Shown one piece after another: positions 15,291 through 25,455 of a stretch of 32,000 bases of DNA; positions within the stretch are counted from its first letter, which is position 1; each line of letters opens with the position of its first letter. The notes below the pieces were generated by a model. The model did not search any database and had not been told where the DNA came from. It saw nothing but the letters and a program-made list of their open reading frames with translations. Made by a program: the position numbers and the translations under genes. Origin of the DNA: Nitrosomonas europaea (lineage in GTDB: Bacteria; Pseudomonadota; Gammaproteobacteria; Burkholderiales; Nitrosomonadaceae); the NCBI RefSeq assembly GCF_900167395.1, contig NZ_FUWK01000029.1, positions 7,192 through 39,191 on the forward strand, in the 5' to 3' direction.

Positions 15291-18158
15291 ATGCAGCTTG
15301 CCACAGACCTCCCTTCTTCCTCTCCCGTCCAGCAGAAAAATTTTCTGGAAGAGATGACCGATTTGCCGGCGACCCGGCAGAATTATTCCCAGTATAAGAT
15401 CATCCGCCGCAATGGTGCCGTGGTGGCATTTGAGCCGGGCAAGATTTCCATCGCGCTGACCAAGGCGTTCATTGCCGTAAGAGGCGGGCAGAGTGCTGCT
15501 TCTTCCAGCATGCGTGAGATCGTGGCGCAACTGACCGGAGAAGTCGTGCATGCCCTGACTCGCCGGCGGCCGGAAGGTGGTACGTTTCATATCGAGGATA
15601 TTCAGGATCAGGTCGAGCTGGCACTGATGCGCTCGGGTGACCATGATATCGCTCGTGCGTATGTGTTGTACCGTGAGGAGCGGGCGCGTGAACGGGCCAG
15701 GCAGCAATCAGCCCAGCCGGCTTCCGGTCAGGTGGCTGTGTTGCATGTCGTGGAAAACGGGCAAAAGATTCCGCTCGATCCGGCCCAGCTGATGGCCCGT
15801 ATCGAATCAGCCTGCCAAAATCTGGGGAATACGGTCGATGCCGCGCTGATCGTCAAATCGATGCTCAAGGATTTGTACGATGGTGTGCCTGCCGAGGAAG
15901 TCAGAAAATCTGCCATCCTGTCTGCCCGTGCGCTGATCGAGAAAGAGCCTGCCTACAGTTTTGTGACAGCACGGCTTTTGCTGGATAACATCCGTTATGA
16001 AGTCCTGGGTGAAGAAGTTGCCCATGAGGCCATGCAATCGCGCTATGCCGAATATTTCCCGGAGTTTGTCCGGAAAGGGATCGAGGCCGGGCTGCTGGAT
16101 GAACGTTTGGGACAGTTTGACCTGGCACGGTTGTCAGAAGCTCTGGCTGCCGATCGTGATCTGCAGTTTGGCTACCTTGGCCTGCAGACCTTGTACGACC
16201 GCTATTTTCTGCATGTTTCCGAACGGCGTATCGAACTGCCGCAAATATTCTTCATGCGTGTTGCCATGGGATTGGCGCTGAACGAAATCGATCGTGAAGC
16301 CCGCGCCATCGAGTTTTATCACCTGCTGTCCAAGTTCGATTTCATGAGCTCGACACCCACCCTGTTCAATTCGGGTACACGGCGCTCGCAATTGTCCTCA
16401 TGCTATCTGAGCACTGTGCCGGACAGTCTCGATGGCATTTATGAAGCCATCAAGGAAAACGCGCTGCTATCGAAGTTTGCGGGCGGACTGGGCAACGACT
16501 GGACGCCGGTCAGGGCAATGGGTGCGCGCATCAAGGGAACCAATGGCAAGTCGCAAGGGGTGGTGCCTTTTCTCAAAGTGGTATCGGATACAGCAGTGGC
16601 AGTCAATCAGGGCGGCAAGCGCAAGGGAGCGGTTTGTGCCTATCTGGAAACCTGGCATCTCGATATCGAGGAATTTCTGGAATTGCGTAAAAACACCGGG
16701 GATGACCGGAGGCGAACGCATGACATGAATACTGCCGTCTGGGTGCCGGATCTGTTCATGAAGCGTATGCAGGAAGATCAGGAATGGACGCTGTTTTCAC
16801 CTTCCGATACGCCGGATCTGCACGACAAATTCGGCAGAGCATTTGAAGAAGCCTATATCGCCTATGAAGAGCAGGCGGCACAAGGCAGGCTGACCCTGTT
16901 CAAGCGTATCCCGGCCCGGCAATTGTGGCGCAAGATGCTGACCATGCTGTTTGAAACCGGGCATCCGTGGATTACGTTCAAGGATCCCTGCAATATCCGT
17001 TCACCGCAGAATCATGTCGGCGTCGTGCACAGCTCCAATTTGTGTACTGAGATCACGCTGAATACCAGCGAAAAGGAAATTGCCGTATGCAATCTAGGGT
17101 CGGTCAACCTGCTGGCCCATATCGTCGATGGCAAACTGGATCAGGCCAGGCTCAAACAGACGGTTACGACAGCGATGCGTATGCTGGACAATGTGATCGA
17201 CATCAATTTCTACGCGGTGGCAAAAGCGCGCAATGCTAATTTCCGGCATCGCCCGGTCGGGCTGGGGATCATGGGTTTCCAGGATTGTCTGCATAAGCTG
17301 GGCATTTCCTATGCTTCCCCGGAAGCAGTCGAATTTGCTGACAGGTCGATGGAAGCAGTTGCATACCATACCTACTGGGCTTCCACTGAACTGGCTGAAG
17401 AGCGTGGCACCTATGCCACTTACCGGGGTAGTTTGTGGGATCGTGGCATTCTGCCGCAGGATACGCTGGAGTTGTTGCGTGAGGAGCGCGGCGGCCATGT
17501 GGAAATCGATACCTCATCCACGCAGGACTGGGATGCTCTGCGTGACCGGATCAGACAGTACGGCATGCGTAATTCCAACTGCCTGGCGATTGCACCGACT
17601 GCGACGATCTCCAACATCATTGGAGTCTCCGCCAGTATCGAACCCACTTATCAGAATCTGTATGTCAAATCCAATCTTTCCGGAGAGTTTACGGTCGTCA
17701 ACCAGTGGCTGGTAAATGATCTGAAAAAGCAGGACTTGTGGGATGAAGTCATGATCGCCGATCTCAAGCATTACGATGGAGCGGTCAGCAAGATTGACCG
17801 GGTGCCGGAGAATTTGCGCAACCTGTACGCTACGGCGTTCGAAGTTGATCCTCGATGGCTGGTCGAAGCAGCATCCAGAAGGCAGAAATGGATCGACCAG
17901 GCGCAATCGCTCAATCTTTACATGGCAGGTGCTTCCGGCAAAAAAATGGATGAGCTGTACCGGCTTGCCTGGTTGCGCGGACTCAAGACGACCTATTATC
18001 TGCGCGCGCTGGGGGCAACCACTGCCGAAAAATCGACGGTTCATACCGGTACCTTGAATGCAGTTCCCGCGCAGCACGAAGCGCATGCGGGCAATCTGGC
18101 TCATTCAGCCCCGCAGCAATGTGCAATCGACAATCCGGAATGTGAAGCATGCCAGTAA
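15291..18158 (+). CDS. nrdA: class Ia ribonucleotide reductase alpha subunit
   Basis: ORF 15108..18158. The start is chosen at the ATG at 15291, preceded by AGGAG; the upstream extension overlaps the promoter and NrdR box. It has an ATP-cone ([26 protein letters not shown]), the catalytic region ([20 protein letters not shown]) and a C-terminal ..CEACQ tail. Confidence 0.95.
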   Translation: MQLATDLPSSSPVQQKNFLEEMTDLPATRQNYSQYKIIRRNGAVVAFEPGKISIALTKAFIAVRGGQSAASSSMREIVAQLTGEVVHALTRRRPEGGTFHIEDIQDQVELALMRSGDHDIARAYVLYREERARERARQQSAQPASGQVAVLHVVENGQKIPLDPAQLMARIESACQNLGNTVDAALIVKSMLKDLYDGVPAEEVRKSAILSARALIEKEPAYSFVTARLLLDNIRYEVLGEEVAHEAMQSRYAEYFPEFVRKGIEAGLLDERLGQFDLARLSEALAADRDLQFGYLGLQTLYDRYFLHVSERRIELPQIFFMRVAMGLALNEIDREARAIEFYHLLSKFDFMSSTPTLFNSGTRRSQLSSCYLSTVPDSLDGIYEAIKENALLSKFAGGLGNDWTPVRAMGARIKGTNGKSQGVVPFLKVVSDTAVAVNQGGKRKGAVCAYLETWHLDIEEFLELRKNTGDDRRRTHDMNTAVWVPDLFMKRMQEDQEWTLFSPSDTPDLHDKFGRAFEEAYIAYEEQAAQGRLTLFKRIPARQLWRKMLTMLFETGHPWITFKDPCNIRSPQNHVGVVHSSNLCTEITLNTSEKEIAVCNLGSVNLLAHIVDGKLDQARLKQTVTTAMRMLDNVIDINFYAVAKARNANFRHRPVGLGIMGFQDCLHKLGISYASPEAVEFADRSMEAVAYHTYWASTELAEERGTYATYRGSLWDRGILPQDTLELLREERGGHVEIDTSSTQDWDALRDRIRQYGMRNSNCLAIAPTATISNIIGVSASIEPTYQNLYVKSNLSGEFTVVNQWLVNDLKKQDLWDEVMIADLKHYDGAVSKIDRVPENLRNLYATAFEVDPRWLVEAASRRQKWIDQAQSLNLYMAGASGKKMDELYRLAWLRGLKTTYYLRALGATTAEKSTVHTGTLNAVPAQHEAHAGNLAHSAPQQCAIDNPECEACQ

Positions 18159-18198
18159 GTATCGAACAATCCACCACCAGAACCCAAGGAGCAACATC

Positions 18199-19347
18199 AT
18201 GCTGACTTTTGAAGATGAAGTATTTCAGCCGGGCAATATCCTGGCAGGCACGAGCGCACAAGCAGGGATGGCCAACAAAATGATTGCTGAGCGGCAGGTG
18301 CTGGACGAGGAAATACCGGCAGAGGATCATCGTCGGGTATCCGTGGAAGACAAGCGCATCATCAACTGCAAGGCGGATGTCAATCAGCTGGTGCCGTTCA
18401 AGTACAAATGGGCGTGGGAAAAATACTTATCTGCCTGTGCCAATCACTGGATGCCGCAGGAAATCAACATGACGCGGGATATCGCTCTCTGGAAAGATCC
18501 CAACGGGTTGACCGAGGATGAACGCCGTATCGTCAAACGCAACCTCGGCTTTTTCGTCACGGCCGATTCACTGGCAGCCAACAATATCGTGCTGGGGACC
18601 TATCGGCACATTACCAACCCTGAATGCCGCCAGTATTTGTTGCGACAGGCGTTCGAGGAAGCCATCCACACGCACGCCTATCAGTACATCGTCGAATCAA
18701 TCGGCCTGGATGAAGGTGAAATTTTTAATGCCTATCATGAAATCGGGTCGATACGTGACAAAGATGAGTTCCTGATTCCTTTTATCGATACACTCACCGA
18801 TCCTTCATTCCGGACAGGTACACTGGAAACCGACCAGCAACTGCTGAAAAGCCTGATCGTGTTTGCCTGCATCATGGAAGGGCTGTTTTTCTATGTCGGT
18901 TTTGTACAGATTCTGGCACTCGGCCGGCAGAACAAGATGACCGGGGCGGCCGAGCAATACCAGTACATCCTGCGTGATGAATCCATGCATTGCAATTTCG
19001 GCATCGATGTCATCAACCAGATAAAACTTGAAAACCCGCATCTGTGGACCCGGGAATTCCGCGAGGAAATCAGCGCCCTGATGCGCAAGGCAGTGGAACT
19101 GGAATACCGTTATGCGGAAGACACCATGCCGCGCGGCGTGCTCGGTTTGAACGCGCCGATGTTCAAGGAATATCTGCGTTTCATTATCAATCGTCGCAGC
19201 CATCAGATCGGCCTCGATCCATTGTTCCCCGAAGCGGGTAACCCTTTCCCATGGATGTCGGAAATGATCGATCTGAAGAAAGAAAAGAATTTCTTTGAAA
19301 CGCGTGTGATCGAGTATCAGACAGGGGGCGTATTAAGTTGGGATTAA
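18199..19347 (+). CDS. nrdB: class Ia ribonucleotide reductase beta subunit
   Basis: ORF 18058..19347. The start is chosen at the ATG at 18199, preceded by AAGGAG; the longer ORF overlaps the nrdA 3' end. It has the di-iron/tyrosyl motifs ([37 protein letters not shown]). Confidence 0.95.
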   Translation: MLTFEDEVFQPGNILAGTSAQAGMANKMIAERQVLDEEIPAEDHRRVSVEDKRIINCKADVNQLVPFKYKWAWEKYLSACANHWMPQEINMTRDIALWKDPNGLTEDERRIVKRNLGFFVTADSLAANNIVLGTYRHITNPECRQYLLRQAFEEAIHTHAYQYIVESIGLDEGEIFNAYHEIGSIRDKDEFLIPFIDTLTDPSFRTGTLETDQQLLKSLIVFACIMEGLFFYVGFVQILALGRQNKMTGAAEQYQYILRDESMHCNFGIDVINQIKLENPHLWTREFREEISALMRKAVELEYRYAEDTMPRGVLGLNAPMFKEYLRFIINRRSHQIGLDPLFPEAGNPFPWMSEMIDLKKEKNFFETRVIEYQTGGVLSWD

Positions 19348-19402
19348 CGGTGTTAATCAATCGATTGCCGATCGATAAAATCATGTAGAATGACAACGGG
19401 CC

Positions 19403-19452
19403 GGCTGGTTCACTTTAAAATTAAAAAATACAGGTGACCAGCCTTTTTTATT
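19403..19452 (+). terminator. rho-independent terminator after nrdB
   Basis: GGCTGGTTCAC (19403-19413) pairs with GTGACCAGCC (19434-19443) with one bulge across a 20-nt A/T loop. TTTTTTATTTT follows. Confidence 0.6.
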
Positions 19453-19496
19453 TTCAGAAAATCAATTATGCGAGCGAACCGTTCATTTTATTCAGG

Positions 19497-20882
19497 ATGA
19501 AGACAAAATCGAATACCTCACTAGTATTGATTGCCGCAGTAGTATTGGCTTCTCTCTCTGTTACGGTGCAAGCCGGCAGAACTTTAGAAAAAAATATAAG
19601 TATCACTGTACTGGATACGAGACAGTATCAGGTACCACCACACAAGCAGCAGGATGATCTATGGATGCGCGTACGAGCCGGATTTTCCCTGGCGAACATT
19701 CAAAGCCAGGAAGTACGGCAGCACGAAAGCAATTTCAGTAAAAATCAGCGATTCATAGATCATATTGTTGGACGTAGTCAGCGTTATCTGTTTTACATCA
19801 TCGAAGAAGTGGAACGTCGGCGCATGCCGGCTGAGATTGCGCTGCTGCCGATCATCGAGAGCGAGTTTGATCCGGATGCTTACTCTCACAGGCATGCTGC
19901 GGGGTTGTGGCAGTTTGTTCCCTCGACGGCAAAAGCGTTCGGGCTGGAGCAGAACTGGTGGCATGACGAACGGCGCGATATCATCGCGGCTACCCAGGCT
20001 GCGCTGGATTATCTGCAGATGCTCTACAAAATGTTTGGAAACTGGAAGCTGGCACTGGCTGCTTACAACTGGGGACAGGGATCACTGAAGAAAGTGATCG
20101 ACGAAGGTCATGGAGGTAATAAATCTGTCAACTACCAGGAAATCGGGCTTCCGGCTGAAACCAGAAACTATATTTCCAAGCTGATCGCCATCAGAAATAT
20201 CATTGCCAATCCTCGCCGCTATGGCATCAAGCTGAAGCCCATTTCAAACCGGCCTTATTTCGAACAGATCACGATCACCCAGCAGATCGATGTACAACTG
20301 GCCGCTCGGCTTGCCGGAATTTCAGAAAGCGAATTCAATGCGTTGAATCCGGCCTATCACAGACCCCTCATCAAGGCCGAAGATTCTCCACGGACACTGT
20401 TGCTGCCCGTTACCAAAGTCAAAACTTTCGTGGACAACCTCGAAAATTATGACAAGTCACTGGTGTCGTGGCGAATTTACCAGATTGAGCAAACGGAAAC
20501 CTTGCGCGACTTATCCAGCCGGTATCGTATCCCGGTTGCCCGGCTGGCTGAGATCAATGGCATTTCTGAACGTGCTACTCTGAAAAAAGGCCAGATATTG
20601 CTGGTGCCACGTGACGGCAGCAGTGCAAGAGAAATGACCTATCTTGCACACTATCAGCTCAAACAACCGGCACGACCGGCTACGAGGCGCTCTCAATCAT
20701 CGGAAGAACGCATCGTTTATACCGTCAAAAAGGGTGATACGCTCCACGCTATCGCCAAACGCTACGGTATCGATATCAAAACGATCCGTTTATGGAACAA
20801 GGGAAGTGATCAGCTTTCCATCGGGCAAAAGCTTACACTCAAGCTGACATCACCCGCCTTCAGCAGCCCTTATTCTTCCTGA
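19497..20882 (+). CDS. mltD: MltD-like lytic transglycosylase with C-terminal LysM domains
   Basis: ORF 19434..20882. The start is set at the ATG at 19497 because the GTG at 19434 lies inside the nrdB terminator stem. It has a signal peptide (MKTKSNTSLVLIAAVVLASLSVTVQA, with no lipobox Cys) and an SLT domain (LLPIIESEFDPDAYSHRHAAGLWQFVPSTA ... AAYNWGQGSL). Two LysM-like repeats follow (YQIEQTETLRDLSSRYRIPVARLAEINGI and YTVKKGDTLHAIAKRYGIDIKTIRLWN). Confidence 0.85.
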   Translation: MKTKSNTSLVLIAAVVLASLSVTVQAGRTLEKNISITVLDTRQYQVPPHKQQDDLWMRVRAGFSLANIQSQEVRQHESNFSKNQRFIDHIVGRSQRYLFYIIEEVERRRMPAEIALLPIIESEFDPDAYSHRHAAGLWQFVPSTAKAFGLEQNWWHDERRDIIAATQAALDYLQMLYKMFGNWKLALAAYNWGQGSLKKVIDEGHGGNKSVNYQEIGLPAETRNYISKLIAIRNIIANPRRYGIKLKPISNRPYFEQITITQQIDVQLAARLAGISESEFNALNPAYHRPLIKAEDSPRTLLLPVTKVKTFVDNLENYDKSLVSWRIYQIEQTETLRDLSSRYRIPVARLAEINGISERATLKKGQILLVPRDGSSAREMTYLAHYQLKQPARPATRRSQSSEERIVYTVKKGDTLHAIAKRYGIDIKTIRLWNKGSDQLSIGQKLTLKLTSPAFSSPYSS

Positions 20883-23800
20883 ACGATCAGCAGCATCTGG
20901 CCGGAAAATACATAATCACCCTGTCTGCAGCTGATCTGCTTCACGATCCCGCTGACCGGTGCACTCAGGGTGATTTCCATTTTCATGGATTCGATGATGA
21001 TGACCGGATCTCCGGCATTGACCAGTTGTCTGGTTTCGATCAGCAGTTTCCATACAGTACCGGTCACATCTGAACTGATGGCGTATGCTCCGTCGGGTAA
21101 ATCAGGTGCATTTTGCATACCGGGTTTATCAAGCACGCCTTCACCCTCATCGCTGATACTGTTTTCTTCCTGTACGTTCCCGATCTTCCAGCGCTCGCGT
21201 TCAGCCTCAAAAGCCTTTTGCTGACGGGTTTTGAATGCTTGAATACTGTCTGCATGCTGATGCAGGAATGCATGATAGTTGCGCAGACTGAAAACGGTAT
21301 CTTCGGTATGAAGTGTAAAACGCCCGGTGATAAAGTCGTGGCGTAACTCAAGCAGCTCCTGTTCAGAAACAGGGTAAAACCTGATCTGATCAAAAAAGCG
21401 CAGCAGCCAGGGTTTACCGGCGGTAAAGTCCCGAGTCTGACGGTAACGATTCCACATCTGCACTGTTCTTCCGACAAACTGATATCCTCCGGGACCTTCC
21501 ATACCATAAATACAGAGATAGGCTCCTCCTATTCCGACTGCATTTTCGGGTGTCCAGGTGCGTGCCGGGTTGTATTTGGTGGTGACCAGCCGATGGCGCG
21601 GATCGATCGGCGTGGCCACCGGGGCGCCCAGGTAGACATCTCCCAGCCCCATGACCAGATAGCTGGCATCGAAAATGATACGTTTGACCTCATCGATACT
21701 GTCCAGTCCGTTGATACGCCGGATGAATTCGATGTTGCTCGGGCACCAGGGTGCATCCGGCCGGACTGACTGCATATATTTTTCGATGGCAAGTTTTGTG
21801 GCAGCGTCATCCCAGGAAAGGGGTAAATGCACGATACGCGAAGGCATTTCCATATCGTCGCTTGCCGGTAAATCCTTCTCGGCGGTAATGAGTTTATTCA
21901 GGAGATGGTCACGATCCAGAAGCCGCGAATCGAAATGTATCTGCAAAGAGCGAATGCCCGGTGTCATGTCGAGAATTCCGGGCAGATCGCCTTTTTCAAC
22001 ACAGTGCTGCAGCCAGGCCATCAGGGCATGTGCGCGAAAATGCAGTGCGATATCGAGTACCGCTTCGCCATACTCGATCAGCAGATATTTATCCCCGGAT
22101 TGTCGGTAAACCACTTGTACCTGCCCGTTATTTGCCGGAATCCGATGCAGTACAGGATCACTCGGCTCAACCAGGGAAGCAGGAATATCGGGTGGTACGC
22201 GAGTGAAGGAATCCAGCTGCTGGATCATCTTGTCCTGTTGCTTTTCCAGCTTCAGCGCCTGTTCCGCTGTGAGCGGGTGAAAACGCACGCTATCACCAGG
22301 TTTGAGCTGACCGGTTTTCCATAATTCCGCCTGTACGATCACAGCAGGACAGACAAATCCTCCCAGGCTGGGGCCATCCGGGCCAAGGATGATGGGCATA
22401 TCACCGGTAAAATCGATCGCACCGACCGCATAGGGATTGTCATGGATGTTGGAGGGGTGCAGGCCGGCTTCACCTCCGTCTTTGCGTGCCCATTGTGGTT
22501 TGGGGCCGATCAGGCGTATACCGGTACGGCTGGAATTGTGATGCACCTTCCAGTCGGTGGTAAAGAATTCATCGATGTCAGCCCCGGTAAAGAAATCCGG
22601 TGCACCATGCGGACCATACAGGACTCCGATTTCCCACCGGCTGGTGTAGTGGGGAATGTTTTCGGAGGGCAATATGCTTGGCTCAGTATCTTCTGCTGGC
22701 AGGATATGCAGCACATCCCCGGTGCACAGCGCCCGTCCGGCATGCCCGCCGAACTGCCCCAGTGTAAAAGTGGAGCGGCTGCCCAAATAATCCGGTACCT
22801 GAATCCCACCCTTGATGGCCAGGCAGGATCGGCTGCCAAACTGACGGATTTTACCGAATCGTAACAGCGAACCTGCTTTGATGAAGTGAGATCGCCACTG
22901 TTCCAGGGGGGCACCATCCAGCCAGACATCAATGGGTGCTCCACATACTGCAATCAGACTGTTGCAGTTGAATCTCAACGTTGGCCCGGCCAGCGTGATT
23001 TCCAATCCCGCCGAGTCATCGGGGTTTCCAACCAGATGATTGGCCAGACGAAAAGCCAGACTGTCCATCGGACCGGATGGAGGTACTCCTACGTTCCAAT
23101 AGCCTGTTCTGCCCGGGTAATCTTGCACTGTCGTCTGTACACCGGCGTTGAGTACATCCAGGGTATGCGGTTGGTAGTGAAACCCGGAAAGGAATTGGGT
23201 GCTGACCTGCCCGCTGCGGAATACCGTTCCGGATAATACCTGCCTGAGATAATCCAGATTGGTTTCAATGCCGTAGAGCGTGGTTTTGTCTAATGCGGCG
23301 ATCAAACGGTCGATGGCCTGATCACGATTGCTGGCGTGAACGATGATCTTAGCGAGCATTGGGTCATAGAAGGCCGATACTTCACAACCCGCGTCCACCC
23401 AGGTTTCAATCCGTGCAGTTTCCGGAAATTCGACAGCGCTCAGCAAACCACTGGCCGGCTGAAAATTCTTGGCTGGATTTTCCGCATACACACGAGCCTG
23501 TATGGAAGCTCCCTGCAGTTGAATGGTAAATGATTCCAGTGGCGGTAAAGCATCGGCACCCAGCAGCACCATCCATTCGACCAGATCAATGCCGGTCACC
23601 ATCTCGGTGACGCCATGTTCCACCTGCAGGCGGGTATTGACTTCCAGAAAATAAAACCGATCGACCGAGGGGTCGTAGACATATTCCACTGTGCCGGCAG
23701 ATCGGTATTGAACTGATTCTCCCAGGCGTATGGCTGTTTCCTGTAACGCGTTACGGGTTGCTGGCGACAGACCCGGTGCTGGTGTTTCCTCGATCACTTT

Positions 23801-24505
23801 CTGGTTGCGCCGCTGCATGGAACAATCACGTTCTTCTAATGCAATCACTTTTCCACGGCCGTCGCCGAAAATCTGTACTTCGATATGGCGAGCCTGGTCG
23901 ATGTATTTTTCCAGGAACAAGCCGGCATTACTGAAATTACTTTGTGCCAGGTTTTTGACAGACTCATAGGCATCAATCAGCTCTTGCCGGTTGCGGCACA
24001 AGCGCATACCGATCCCCCCCCCTCCTGCCGTACTTTTGAGCATGACTGGGTAACCGATCCGGTGTGCTTCCTCGCAGGCGGTTTCGAGGTGTTCCAATAA
24101 TCCGGTACCCGGCAGCATCGGCGCGTCGAGTTGCTGTGCGAGCGCACGGGCAGTATGTTTCAGACCGAAAGTGCGTATCTGTTCAGGAGTGGGGCCCAGA
24201 AAACAAATCCCTTCTGCGGCACATTGCTCGGCAAATGAAGCATTTTCACTGAGGAATCCGTACCCCGGGTGGATTGCCTGAGCACCGGTGCGGTGTGCAA
24301 CTTCCAGTATTTTATCGGCACGCAAATAACTTTCGCTGGCAAGTCCATCGCCGATACAAATACTGTCATCAGCATCCAGCACATGCCGTGATAGCGCGTC
24401 AGCTTTCGTAAAAACAGCCACACTCCCGATGCCCATCCGATGCAAAGTACGGATAACACGGCAGGCAATGGCGCCCCGATTGGCGATCAGAACTTTTGTA
24501 AACAT
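20870..24505 (-). CDS. uca: urea/guanidine carboxylase, full length (biotin carboxylase + carboxyltransferase + BCCP)
   Basis: 1211 aa. It has an N-terminal ATP-grasp biotin carboxylase (MFTKVLIANRGAIACRVIRT..., KSTAGGGGIGM, EVNTRLQVEHGVTE). AHS2/AHS1-like carboxyltransferase regions follow. The C-terminus has a biotinyl motif (IIIESMKMEI). A guanidine-I riboswitch lies in the 5' leader. Confidence 0.92.
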   Translation of the reverse strand: MFTKVLIANRGAIACRVIRTLHRMGIGSVAVFTKADALSRHVLDADDSICIGDGLASESYLRADKILEVAHRTGAQAIHPGYGFLSENASFAEQCAAEGICFLGPTPEQIRTFGLKHTARALAQQLDAPMLPGTGLLEHLETACEEAHRIGYPVMLKSTAGGGGIGMRLCRNRQELIDAYESVKNLAQSNFSNAGLFLEKYIDQARHIEVQIFGDGRGKVIALEERDCSMQRRNQKVIEETPAPGLSPATRNALQETAIRLGESVQYRSAGTVEYVYDPSVDRFYFLEVNTRLQVEHGVTEMVTGIDLVEWMVLLGADALPPLESFTIQLQGASIQARVYAENPAKNFQPASGLLSAVEFPETARIETWVDAGCEVSAFYDPMLAKIIVHASNRDQAIDRLIAALDKTTLYGIETNLDYLRQVLSGTVFRSGQVSTQFLSGFHYQPHTLDVLNAGVQTTVQDYPGRTGYWNVGVPPSGPMDSLAFRLANHLVGNPDDSAGLEITLAGPTLRFNCNSLIAVCGAPIDVWLDGAPLEQWRSHFIKAGSLLRFGKIRQFGSRSCLAIKGGIQVPDYLGSRSTFTLGQFGGHAGRALCTGDVLHILPAEDTEPSILPSENIPHYTSRWEIGVLYGPHGAPDFFTGADIDEFFTTDWKVHHNSSRTGIRLIGPKPQWARKDGGEAGLHPSNIHDNPYAVGAIDFTGDMPIILGPDGPSLGGFVCPAVIVQAELWKTGQLKPGDSVRFHPLTAEQALKLEKQQDKMIQQLDSFTRVPPDIPASLVEPSDPVLHRIPANNGQVQVVYRQSGDKYLLIEYGEAVLDIALHFRAHALMAWLQHCVEKGDLPGILDMTPGIRSLQIHFDSRLLDRDHLLNKLITAEKDLPASDDMEMPSRIVHLPLSWDDAATKLAIEKYMQSVRPDAPWCPSNIEFIRRINGLDSIDEVKRIIFDASYLVMGLGDVYLGAPVATPIDPRHRLVTTKYNPARTWTPENAVGIGGAYLCIYGMEGPGGYQFVGRTVQMWNRYRQTRDFTAGKPWLLRFFDQIRFYPVSEQELLELRHDFITGRFTLHTEDTVFSLRNYHAFLHQHADSIQAFKTRQQKAFEAERERWKIGNVQEENSISDEGEGVLDKPGMQNAPDLPDGAYAISSDVTGTVWKLLIETRQLVNAGDPVIIIESMKMEITLSAPVSGIVKQISCRQGDYVFSGQMLLIVQEE

Positions 24506-24761
24506 AAATTCCCCTTACTGTGCTACCTGATCAAGCAGGCCATATTGTGATACATGCTGACTGTGCCAGCGGAAACGAATACAGATTTTTTAAAGTCGAT
24601 GGAAAATACAGATCTTCGCTTCCCGTAGAGGGTGGGCCGTGGGCGGGGAATACAGGAAACGTGGTGTAAAGCCGGAGATAGAAGCAGGTAAGCAGATAGT
24701 ACATATAACGAATCTCCAGGAGTCAGGAAATGACAGAAATCAATAATGCATTGGCATTATG

Positions 24762-24862
24762 TAACCTCCCGGGCTTTTATCCCTCCGTGGAGCTTCGTAT
24801 GACGAAGCCTCAAGCTCTCGGACCAGTCACTTTCCCTGGGAAAGCCGGAACCCTAGCCTGAA
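24762..24862 (-). promoter_or_regulatory. guanidine-I (ykkC) riboswitch aptamer, minus strand
   Basis: The reverse complement reads CTAGGGTTCCGGCTTTCCCAGGGAAAGTGACTGGTCCGAGAGCTTGAGGCTTCGTCATACGAAGCTCCACGGAGGGATAAAAGCCCGGGAGG. It contains the ykkC signature blocks CUAGGGUUCCG, GGUCCGAGAG, ACGGAGGGA and AAAGCCCGGGAG. It lies about 257 nt upstream of the carboxylase ATG at 24505. Confidence 0.88.
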
Positions 24863-24940
24863 GTAATTTCAATCAGCCACCAGTACAGTCGATGCCGATG
24901 ATGTCGGTGCTGCTGGCCGTAATCAAAACATATGTGCCAT

Positions 24941-24970
24941 TTTATAGGCAGCTGATCTTTTCTGAAACAA
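24941..24970 (-). promoter_or_regulatory. putative promoter for the minus-strand riboswitch/carboxylase transcript
   Basis: On the minus strand: TTGTTT (plus-strand AAACAA, 24965-24970), an 18-nt spacer, then TATAAA (plus-strand TTTATA, 24941-24946). Confidence 0.35.
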
Positions 24971-24980
24971 TAATATTTTC

Positions 24981-25010
24981 TTGTCTTTCAAAAATTCCGG
25001 TGTATATAAT
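24981..25010 (+). promoter_or_regulatory. putative promoter for the plus-strand riboswitch/permease operon
   Basis: TTGTCT (24981-24986), an 18-nt spacer, then TATAAT (25005-25010). Its -35 lies back to back with the minus-strand -35, about 10 bp away. Confidence 0.35.
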
Positions 25011-25089
25011 TATCACCATGTTTTATCTGTGATGGTTGAAGCTAGGCCATGTCTCTAGGCAGATAAGGCATCAGAAGCACAGTCGTTTC

Positions 25090-25189
25090 ACGAAACTAGG
25101 GTTCCGGCTTTCCCAGGGAAAGTGACTGGTCCGAGAGTTTCGGGCCCTGCCAGCAGGGTTCCACGGAGGGATAAAAGCCCGGGAGGTTA
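25090..25189 (+). promoter_or_regulatory. guanidine-I (ykkC) riboswitch aptamer, plus strand
   Basis: CTAGGGTTCCGGCTTTCCCAGGGAAAGTGACTGGTCCGAGAGTTTCGGGCCCTGCCAGCAGGGTTCCACGGAGGGATAAAAGCCCGGGAGG. It carries the same signature blocks as the minus-strand copy. It lies about 267 nt upstream of the permease ATG at 25456. Confidence 0.88.
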
Positions 25190-25455
25190 TGTTCAATACA
25201 TTAACTACCGGGAGCCAGAGTGGAAAAACTATCGCGTGTGTGCGCTGCAGTTCAGAATCCAGATTTTCCTCATGTTTTTCCTTTTTCATCGATAGCCGAT
25301 TGCCATTTGCCTGTTGGCGTTCGGTTACATATCCATTTTTCCAGTAGCAGCACTTTCGAGCTGATATCTCTTGCTGTCAGGTATTGTTTTCCGGCAGCAG
25401 ATTCCATTGCCTCCTGTTGGCATATAGCGCCCTTAATTTTCAAGGAGGAACCAGT

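Noticed and set aside
18058-18198. N-terminal extension of the nrdB ORF overlapping the nrdA 3' end
   Set aside because: The ATG at 18199 has AAGGAG upstream and gives a typical NrdB length. The extension is an out-of-frame reading of nrdA.
19434-19496. GTG-19434 start for the mltD-like gene
   Set aside because: Codon 1 lies inside the 3' arm of the nrdB terminator hairpin. The ATG at 19497 begins a proper signal peptide.
20970-24468. Many 60-150-aa ORFs on the plus strand and in alternative frames inside the carboxylase gene, and likewise inside nrdA, aas, the TonB receptor and the paralog at 28.5-30.8 kb
   Set aside because: They are embedded in long, well-supported genes with clear family motifs. 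They are shadow ORFs, typical of mid/high-G+C DNA.
24600-24660. Possible guanidine-II (mini-ykkC) ACGR hairpins in the minus-strand leader (CCCACGGCCC, CTCTACGGGAAG)
   Set aside because: The bases flanking the ACGG tetranucleotides are not self-complementary, so no hairpin forms.
24730-24862. Small plus-strand ORF (MTEINNALALCNLPGFYPSVELRMTKPQALGPVTFPGKAGTLA) and ORF 25220..25465 in the riboswitch leaders
   Set aside because: The first is simply the antisense reading of the conserved aptamer. The second has no SD and overlaps the permease SD and start. No evidence supports leader peptides.
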